A stretch of 63,421 nucleotides of DNA, counting the filler, from Catajapyx aquilonaris (lineage: Eukaryota): the NCBI GenBank assembly GCA_000934665.2. It is 4 parts of 4 records of this genome, joined end to end, with 100 filler letters (N's around TTAATTAATTAA, not from the genome) between each part and the next. Parts side by side here need not be neighbours in the genome. Positions count along the whole stretch, not along the records: positions 1 to 15,789 come from JYFJ02007397.1; positions 15,890 to 31,655 come from JYFJ02007399.1; 2 more parts are not named here. The stretch is one strand, 5' to 3'. How positions within the stretch are numbered: position 1 is the stretch's first letter; every line of letters begins with the position of its first letter. Both the position numbers and the translations under genes were made by a program. Below the pieces are notes generated by a model. That model ran no database searches, had not been told where the DNA came from, and saw only the letters and a program-made list of their open reading frames with translations. This document shows positions 11,301-20,265 of the stretch, one piece after another.

Positions 11301-14300
11301 CAGTGCTGGTGTGTGGATGGCTACGTGAGCGGTGGAGCTGAAGGAAGGAACTGCAAGGCTGTCGGACCTCCTGCCACACTCCTGTTTGCCAACAGAGTGG
11401 ACATTCGCCAGGTTTCTCTGGATGGGGCCAAACTGACATCGGTGCTGGATGGACTGCAAAATGCAATCGCCCTTGACTACCACTACCAGAAGGGAATGCT
11501 GTTCTGGTCCGATGTGTCTCTCGATCTAGTCAAGAGGGCATACATGAATGGGACGGGGGTTCAAGGTATGGTGTTTTTGTGCCTGCCTTTTTCTGCTTCA
11601 TCTGACACCTCTTTCTCTCGTTTTAGATGTGGTGAAGACTGGCCTGGAAAGCCCTGGTGGGATTGCCCTTGACTGGGTGCATGACCTTCTCTTTTGGACG
11701 GATTCAGGCACTGGACGCATTGAGGTGTCTGCGCTTGATGGCAGACTCAGGCGTGTTATTGTCCATCGAGATCTTGAAAAACCCAGGGCCATTGTTGTCC
11801 ATCCTGGGGAGGCGCTGGTGTTCTGGACGGACTGGGGGGCACGACCCAGAGTGGAGCGTGCTGGCATGGATGGGTCAGGCCGATCGTCAATCGTGGTTGA
11901 GTCTGTCTTCTGGCCCAATGGCCTCACGCTGGACTATGCTACGGACCGCCTGTACTGGGTCGACGCAAAACATCACGTGGTCGAATCCAGTGACCTGAAC
12001 GGTGGGAACAGGCGGAAGGTTCTGTCAAAGGGGCTGCCGCATCCGTTTGCATTAACAGTGTTTGAAGATTCCTTGTTCTGGACTGACTGGCACACAAAGA
12101 GCATATCAACGGCATCCAGATTGAGCGGACAGTCTGGACAGCCGTCCACCTTGCATGCTGGCCTGCACTTCCCAATGGACATTCACAGCTACCACCCGCA
12201 GAGGCAGCCACGATACCCAAACAGGTTAGTAGGATTTGCGTTTGGATAACAGAGTCCTTGGGATCCACGAACTGACCTAATCAGGAAATAGTCGAGATCA
12301 GTGGTTTGGAGGGTTGACGTTCAAGAGCAACGCAGGGTAATTATTATTTACTCTTTATCATTTCAGGTGTGCCTCCGCTACATGCTCCCACCTGTGTCTG
12401 CCAAGTCCATCTGATGGCTTTTCCTGTGCATGTCCTGCCGGCCTGGAGCTTCTTCCAGATGGAAGCACCTGCTCCTCCCGTCCAGATGGCCTCCTCCTGT
12501 TTGCCAGAGGGAAGGACGTTCGCTTGCTTCCTGTTGCAGTTGATGGTGGTAGCAGCACTGGCAGTGTGGACAACAATCCACCCGAGGAATCTCCAGCCCC
12601 TGATGTCGTGGTCCCTCTGGAAGGGGTACTATCCGCTGTTGCAGTGGCTTGGGACGAAGACACTGATTCCATTTACTGGACTGATGTTGAAGCGGACTCT
12701 ATCGGGAGGGCTGCCTGGAATGGGTCACAGCAGGAGACCATCGTGTCTACCAATCTAGGTTTGGATTGATTATTTTTCTTATAATCATGCAACTTGACAT
12801 GCTCTTTGCCCACGCAGAATCACCTGCTGGTCTTGCTGTGGACTGGCTGTCCCGCAAGCTGTACTGGACTGATGCTGGCACCAACCGCATTGAGGTCTCC
12901 AATCTGGACGGATCGTACAGATGTCTCCTGATATGGGAAGGGTTGGATCGACCCCGTGACATTGCAGTTGATCCTCTTGGACGCCGCATGTACTGGTCTG
13001 ACTGGGGGGCACTTCCGAAGATAGAGAGGGCTGGAATGGATGGAACTGGTCGCTCTGACATTGTCCTGACCAATCTGACCTGGCCAAACGGTCTGGCCAT
13101 CGACCATGAGAATGGGCGTCTGTATTGGGCAGACGGAGGAACCAAGACCATTGAGTTTGCCTCTCTAGATGGATCTGGACGCACTGTCCTGATCGGTTCG
13201 TCCTTGCCGCACCCATTTGGGCTGACCTTGTACGGTGCTGACCTGTACTGGACAGACTGGCACACGGCCAGTATCCATTCCACAGACAAGTTGTCAGGTA
13301 GCAGGCGCAAGGTTGTTCGGTCTGGTCTTGATCACTTGATGGATGTACGAGCACTGAAGAGAAACCGTGCGAAAATCCCTCCCAACCCTTGTGCTCCACG
13401 AGGGAGGTCAGGTGGCAATCGCGGGCGTTGCTCACACTTGTGCTTGCTGGCTCCAGGCAGTCCGGGATTTACTTGCGTATGCCCAACTGGAATTCAGCTG
13501 AAACCGGATGGACGTACCTGTGAAGACGGACCTTCCAGATACATCGTGTTCAGTCACAGAGTGGACCTCAGGAGAATATCCTTTGACGTACCCTACAGAG
13601 TGGACACAGTGCTTCCATTGCCACCACTAAAGAACGCAATTGCTCTTGATGTCGACATTGCCACTGGTGAGTTACGATGTCAAATGAAATGCTTGCATCG
13701 TGAATCTGTCTAACCCAGTGGTTCCCAAACTTCTTGTTCCTGACAATTGTCACTTTCAATGTGTGGTTTAGGTAGAGCCTATGTGTACTGTATTGTGCAT
13801 ATCGCTGAAAAATATGGATTAGATTTTCCATTAGTTTGGTTTCAATGACATTTTAATTTTGACAGAAAATGCGAAATTGAGTAAAAAGTAGGATCAATTT
13901 TAAAGATGGTGTCTTCTATCCTTAGGCGATCTGTACTGGTCAGACACGGCCAGCAAGGTCATCCAGAGGGGTTCTGCAGATGGGTCAAAGGTCACAGATG
14001 TGGTGACGGATGGACTGGACACAGTGGATGGCATTGCTGTAGACGTCTCCGGGCGTAAGTTGTACTGGACGGATGCTGGCCGAAAGTCAATTGAAGTTCG
14101 CTCACTGGACAAGAATCACCGGCGTGTTCTTGTGTGGCTTAATCTGGACAAGCCCAGAGCCATTGCCCTTTGGTACACCAGAGGACTTATGTTTTGGACG
14201 GATTGGGGGCAGGCCAGGATTGAACAGGCCGATATGGACGGTGGGAACAGAAAGACTCTGTTGAAGGATGACCTGCAGTGGCCCAACGGATTGGCCGTGG

Positions 14301-15789
14301 ACACGGACACCGCTTCTCTCTTCTGGGTGGACGCCAAGACTCACACTGTTGAAAGTTACGACCTGGACCAGAAGAAGCGCAATGTGCTTCTCCGGAGTGT
14401 CCGACATCCATATGGTCTCACTGTGATGGGAGATCATGTGTTTTGGACTGACTGGCAATCAAAATCTTTGCACAGAGCGGACAAGACTGGTGCCAACCAA
14501 ACAGTGCTTCGTTATGGACTGACTGGCCTCATGGACGTCAAGAGCGTCCAGCCAGTCCGAATTGATTCAGATGCCTGTCTGAAGTCTGGCTGCAGTCACC
14601 TTTGCCTGCGGGTTCCGTCTGGATATAAATGCGCATGCCCCACTGGAATTAGGCTGTCAACTGATGGCCGGACCTGCAACCAAACTCCTGACAACTACCT
14701 TCTGTTTGCATCTCGCATGGCTCTGGCTCGAATCTCACTTGACACTGACGAACTGTGGGACGTCACGCTGCCTGTCCATAACGTCACAAATGTAATCGCT
14801 GTCGACTTCCACTGGCGCCGTCAACTGATATTCTACACAGACATCACGGCAGACGTCATTTGCAGCGTGGATGCTCGTAACTTGTCGGATGTTCGTGTTT
14901 TGGTTGAGAGCGGACTTAAGACACCCAACTCCCTGGCAGTTGATTGGCTTGCTGACAACATTTACTGGATAGACGGAGGGCAAAAGTCACTGGAGGTTGC
15001 CAGGTTGGATGGTAGTTCTAGGAGGCTCATAGTCAGGGATGGGCTGGATGAACCAAGGGCCCTGGCTGTCTTTCCTGCCAAAGGGTAAGTTGCTGTCGAA
15101 GTGCCATCTGCAGCTTACAAATGGACTAAGAATAATATTGGTTGTGTTTGCACAGGTACTTATTCTGGACTGACTGGGGCAAGGAGCCGAAGATTGAGCG
15201 TTCTGCATTGGATGGCGGGCAGCGCAAAGTGATAGTCGGGACCCAACTTGGCTGGCCAAATGGACTTGCTCTTGACTACGACTCCCGTCGGCTCTACTGG
15301 GTCGACGCCTTCCGGGACAGAATTGAAACGTCCGACCTCTCCGGTCGCTCTCGCGTTCAGCTGGTTCAGCCCACGACCCATCCGTTTGGGCTGACCCAGT
15401 TTGGACCCCACCTGTACTGGACGGACTGGCACACAAAGAGCATCGAGAGGGTGGACAAGAACACAGGGAAGGGACGGGTTGTGATTCAGACGGACCTGGA
15501 CGGACTGATGGAGATTCGTGCCGTGAGTGCTGACAGGCAGAAGGGATACTCCCCGTGCGGAGTCCGGAACGGAGGCTGCTCCCACCTGTGCCTCTTCAGG
15601 GGAAAGGACTACGTCTGCGCTTGTCCTGACCAACCAGACAGGAGGACATGCTCAGAGAGTGAGAAGCCAGTTCTGATTAATTAGTGGCAATGTCTGACAT
15701 ATTCTATGTATAACACTTGTTGGTTTACCTCTTTACAGAACCTACCACTGTGGTGCCTGTGCGTCCAGAGGGCTGGGATGAAGAGGAGG
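8368..15789 (+). CDS. LRP4: LDL receptor-related protein 4 (LRP4/MEGF7)-like receptor, 3' truncated; exons 8368-8440 (putative signal exon), 9364-9759, 9829-10113, 10379-10758, 10851-11013, 11077-11565, 11627-12224, 12367-12758, 12818-13666, 13926-15084, 15156-15658, 15739->15789
   Basis: Eight LDLa modules, two EGF domains (one Ca-binding, DVDEC...[10 protein letters not shown]), then four YWTD beta-propellers each followed by an EGF domain. This is the LRP4 architecture. Introns are GT-AG and phase-compatible. The first exon [24 protein letters not shown] is inferred, and the transmembrane and cytoplasmic parts are off the contig. Confidence 0.9.
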
Positions 15790-15889
15790 NNNNNNNNNNN
15801 NNNNNNNNNNNNNNNNNNNNNNNNNNNNNNNNNTTAATTAATTAANNNNNNNNNNNNNNNNNNNNNNNNNNNNNNNNNNNNNNNNNNNN
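15790..15889. other. Artificial contig spacer (44 N + TTAATTAATTAA + 44 N)
   Basis: The same 100-bp spacer occurs three times. TTAATTAATTAA places stop codons in all six frames. Confidence 0.97.
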
Positions 15890-15985
15890 TCGCCCAAATC
15901 ACCTGCACCTGGCACACTGATTGGCGGGAGAAAAAGTCGCGGACGATTCCATAACAGTCCGACAATCTTTTTGACCGTGATAGTA

Positions 15986-16454
15986 CCAAAGCAGTTTGGT
16001 GGAGTGCATAAGGCGTCCGACTGCTAATCGAGATGTCCTGGGTTCGAGCCCCGGGGCAGGCGATCATATACCCGTGGTTTTCTGTGGTTTCTCACGGTCC
16101 ACACAGGAGAATTCCGGGGTTGCTTCCTAAGCAATAAGCCACAGCCGATCCCTTCCATTCCTATCCTTGTCCCGTCCGTGAGGAGCTGCGGTGTCGGTGG
16201 GGGTTTCTGACCCGCACCTAGTGGGGTTTCTTGTAGCTTGGCCCACTGGGGGACTGCACACGACCCCCAATTTGAGACATCGCACTTGCACCCGTATCCC
16301 CCCTCACAAATCCCTATCCTGACCCCTGCACCGGAAAGAAAAAAAAATGCGAAGAAATTTTGTAAGAGAAATGGTGGTAATCCACCCCCCTAAAAGGGCT
16401 CTGCTCCCTCTAATTGGGTAAAGCTAAAAATAAAATAATAATAATAATAAAAAA
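15986..16454 (+). mobile_element. tRNA-Ser(GCT)-headed SINE, family B, long form with a family-C-like middle domain
   Basis: Anticodon arm GACTGCTAATC, B box GGTTCGAGCCC, Deu/Nin-like body (GGTTTTCTGTGGTTT...GCCACAGCCGATCCCTTCC), common 3' tail, AAT/A-rich end. Confidence 0.8.
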
Positions 16455-16786
16455 GTTGTGGCTCAATGGAAAAAAGGTGTCACACAACAATCACATAATA
16501 ATTCACGTAAATATTATTTTAAGTTTACAGGGCTTTCTGTGGCCATTATTGACACGTTTAATACATATGCAAATTCGCAGTAAGATTAGCCCAGTGTCTG
16601 ATCTGTGTAAGTTCAGTTGGCAAACTAGCTATCATGTTTCTCAAGCATCATTTGCATCAAAAATATGTTGTAGATAGCAGAGCAAAGAAGTGCCCTGCAG
16701 GTTACCACTGTTACATCCAAACATTATTCACTGCCCTTCAAGAATTGGGTAGATAATTAATTAAATTTAGTATAATATTAGCAATT

Positions 16787-17032
16787 GAGAGAGTGAAAAT
16801 CAAAAACCGACAGCTCCGTCATGAACGTAACGGAGAAAAACGAGAAAAACCTACAGATTCTCCGTATATGTCAATGTAAATACCTGAATGTAGCGGCTAT
16901 TCCCATGTACATATGTAGGGTTTTTGATACCATATTCAGGTATTATGTAGTCCATGGCATGAGGAATGCATTTCCGGCGCTAACTCATTTTTTTATTTTC
17001 TGGAGCTGTCGGTTTTTGATTTTCACCCCCTC
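16787..17032. mobile_element. MITE with GAG...CTC termini and 4-bp TSD (Sola-like)
   Basis: TIRs of about 31 bp (GAGAGAGTGAAAATCAAAAACCGACAGCTCC / GGAGCTGTCGGTTTTTGATTTTCACCCCCTC) flanked by AATT on both sides. Confidence 0.75.
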
Positions 17033-17256
17033 AATTGATACTTTTGAAACTTTTCAACAGTAATTACTTGAATAATTAAATTTCTTGATCCCTCAAACTG
17101 CCCAGAATTACACACATTTACAGACAATAATTGTCAAGATCTGGTCATATAAATTACAGTGATTAGGATTAAGTTACAGTTATAGCATCATCTACTCTGC
17201 ATAGTGAAATATTATACGCGTACATGTGATTGATCATGTTCCTGTTAATCTTTCAG

Positions 17257-18330
17257 AAAAGGCAAAGGAACCCTCCTGATAGAAATGACAAGAATGAAGT
17301 CCACGTGCAAGATAAACGGAAGACAGAAGCAGAAAGGAAGGTTTTTTCCTGCCAAATGTGCCAGAGAAATTTCACTACACCAGATAATTTAGAAGTACAT
17401 ATGAAAATCCACACATGTGATAAACCATTTGGTTGCAATGTGTGCGACAAGAAATTTGGAAAAGCAAGTAAATTGTATATTCACACGAGAATACATACTA
17501 GGGAGAAACCGTTCAGTTGTCCAACCTGCCTTAAGAGATTTGGGAGCGGTGATACTTTGAAATTGCATATGAGAACACACCTTGGGGAGAAACCATACAG
17601 CTGCAAATTTTGCCCAAAAAAGTTTCGTCTTGGGGGCAATTTGAAAGCTCATTTGAGAGCACACACCGCAGAGAAGTCATTCAGCTGCCAAGTGTGCCAA
17701 GTCTGCCAGAAGAAGTTCAAGGATGCAAAAAGTTTGAAAACACACATGCGGTTGCATACAGGAGAAGGACTATTTCATTGCCAGGTATGCCAGAAGAAGT
17801 TCCAGTCGGCAGGAAGTTTGAAAATACACATGCGTCTGCACACGGGAGAAAGACCATACTGTTGCCAGGAGTGCCAAAAGAAATTCACGCAGGCGGGGAG
17901 TTTGAAAACACACATGCGGCTGCACACGGGAGAAGGACTATTTCATTGCCAGGTCTGNCACATGTTGGTGCATACAGGAGAAAGACAATTTCATTGCCAG
18001 GTCTGCCAAAGAAGATTCACGCAGGCGGGGAGTTTGAAAACACACATGCGGTTGCATACAGGAGAAGGAATATTTAATTGCCAGGTCTGCCAGAAGAAGT
18101 TCCAGACGGCAGGATTATTGAAAATACACTTGCGGCTGCACACGGGAGAAAAACCATATTGTTGCCAGGTGTGCCAAAAGAAATTCACGCAGACAGCGCA
18201 TTTGAAAACACACATGCGGGTGCACACAGGAGAAAGACCATATTGTTGCCAGGTGTGCCAAAAGAAATTCACGCAGGCAGGGAACTTGAAAATTCACATG
18301 CTGGTGCACACAACTCAAAAACTGACATAA
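17257..18330 (+). CDS. Poly-C2H2 zinc-finger gene 1, terminal exon (about 12 fingers; upstream exons off contig)
   Basis: Acceptor TTTCAG at 17256, tandem C-x2-C-x12-H-x3-H fingers with HTGE linkers. The N at 17958 interrupts finger 8 and is probably a collapsed gap. Paralogous to 27336-29033, including the intron end. Confidence 0.88.
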   Translation, partial: KRQRNPPDRNDKNEVHVQDKRKTEAERKVFSCQMCQRNFTTPDNLEVHMKIHTCDKPFGCNVCDKKFGKASKLYIHTRIHTREKPFSCPTCLKRFGSGDTLKLHMRTHLGEKPYSCKFCPKKFRLGGNLKAHLRAHTAEKSFSCQVCQVCQKKFKDAKSLKTHMRLHTGEGLFHCQVCQKKFQSAGSLKIHMRLHTGERPYCCQECQKKFTQAGSLKTHMRLHTGEGLFHCQVXHMLVHTGERQFHCQVCQRRFTQAGSLKTHMRLHTGEGIFNCQVCQKKFQTAGLLKIHLRLHTGEKPYCCQVCQKKFTQTAHLKTHMRVHTGERPYCCQVCQKKFTQAGNLKIHMLVHTTQKLT

Positions 18331-20265
18331 ATGCCATGTCTACCAGAAATAGTTTGCTTTCCCAGGATACTTGAAATCTCACATGGCAACACACAATCAT
18401 GAAGGAAGCCATTTTAGCGCCAGTATCGCCCAAACGGCTTTGAAAAGTGAATGAATATTAAATACACTGCAAGTTCCTGTTAGCGTAAAAATTCGAGGAG
18501 AGAGTGCAAGGCAAGAATCTCGAAATTTAAACTGCTGTAATTGAAATTTTTCTGAATCCGATGCAAAACAAATGTAGATTGCAAATTAACAGGAAATTAT
18601 GGTGCAGTTTTAGATGTATTTGAATTACGTACTGTTATGGTCTTCTTTTTTCGTTTTGGTCTTGTTTTTTCGTACCTAGAGGATCTCGTCTCCTGCCTAC
18701 CAGCAGGGACTTGCCACAAGCTGATGTTGTGTATAGACTGTCTAAAAGAAGTGTCATTAAAGTTGGGATATTCATAAGGAGGTAAACTAAAGGGGCCGCA
18801 AAGAGTTCACAGTTTACGTTTTATATTATTTTCTGTTGTATTTTGTGAACTGCAAACTGGACAAAATATTATGTAATCGAATGTATTTTTTTTCTTTTTG
18901 CACCTCAATCATCACTTTAACTACTGCCAGTCAAAATGAACGTGGATTTATCTTACGTGAATGTGTCGATCGTACGCCTTCTTCATTAATATCCAGCGAC
19001 CAGAATACATTGGATGTTGTTAAGGCTTCCATTATTCTGTTTTCCGAAGAAGAAAAAAGAAATTTTGCTTATTTCATAATGGCGAAGTGGCTCCCTTAAT
19101 ATTGCCTCGTTTTGGATTGTATAAGTCTTTTCGACACATAGATGTATGTTTGAAAAATACTGTACATTAAAATGACATCTTGGCTTGTAAAAGGGTTAAA
19201 AAGAGGCGCTGATCACCTCTCGTGAGCATGTTTGCGAGGAATTTGTATTCATTTATTATCCTGGAAATAAAACTAGAATCTTGATCCAAATAATTAGACT
19301 GGATGCTTGTCACGATTTCAAACACTGAACACCAGGAGACCTAAGTGTGTGTGTCCCTCTTTCCCGGGCCCTTCTTTTCCCAGGATGTATCTAGAGTTTG
19401 TGACGCCTTCCATATAGTTTGTCTGCGCAAGCGTCGATTCAAGGTATGTTTTACGTGGCTTGTGTCCTTATTGCGTCTTTTGACGGAGTACAGAACAATA
19501 CCCAGATGTATTGTACGATCTACGTATATAAGTTTAGGACCTAAAAGCTCACAAGGACAACAAATTGTGTGATGTTGAGCCTCGTCATAATGTTGGAAAT
19601 GAATATTACCATAATACCATTGCAGTGCTGCAAAATTTTCAACAGTGTATGTCATGCCAACTCTGGTTGAAAAATATTAAAAAAAACATGCAGCAAAAAT
19701 TATAATACAGTAATTGCTGCAACAATAGGAAATTATTACAGCGAAACGCTTTGTGATACGCAAATGTGTCGTAACAAACAAGGTTCCGCTATATCTGACT
19801 TGAATTATTAAATGCAATTGAATTTAGCTCAATTTGAAAGTTAGGTGTTGACATTATTTGGTCGCATGGAGGCGCCACCGACTGGGTCTTGTTCAGAGCT
19901 TTCCTAATCACCCAAGACAGATGGCAGCACTCTCGGAATGAGCGTCCACCCGAATGCGACCCATTTTTTTTTTTAACTTCTCTCTTTATTCTCCAACTGT
20001 CACCTGATCCTTCTTCTTCTTGTGTAGTGCCTGTGCTTCTTATCTTCAAGGCCTTGTTTTGTCTGGGTTCCAGACCGGAAGGAATTGAGGCAGTTGAGCT
20101 GGGTGGAGTCGGCTTGCCTTATTAGGAGGAGGAGGAGGAGGTGGATCTCTCTAGGCGCGGTGGAGGTGAGCTCATCAGGCCAGAATCGCACAGGAAAACG
20201 TGCATCAGGTTTTGTAGAATAATAATGCCTACTCTTTGTCGGGATAACAGTGGCTGACTCTCAAC

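Noticed and set aside
9602..15633. Many long minus-strand ORFs over LRP4
   Set aside because: They are antisense shadows of coding exons with no independent motifs.
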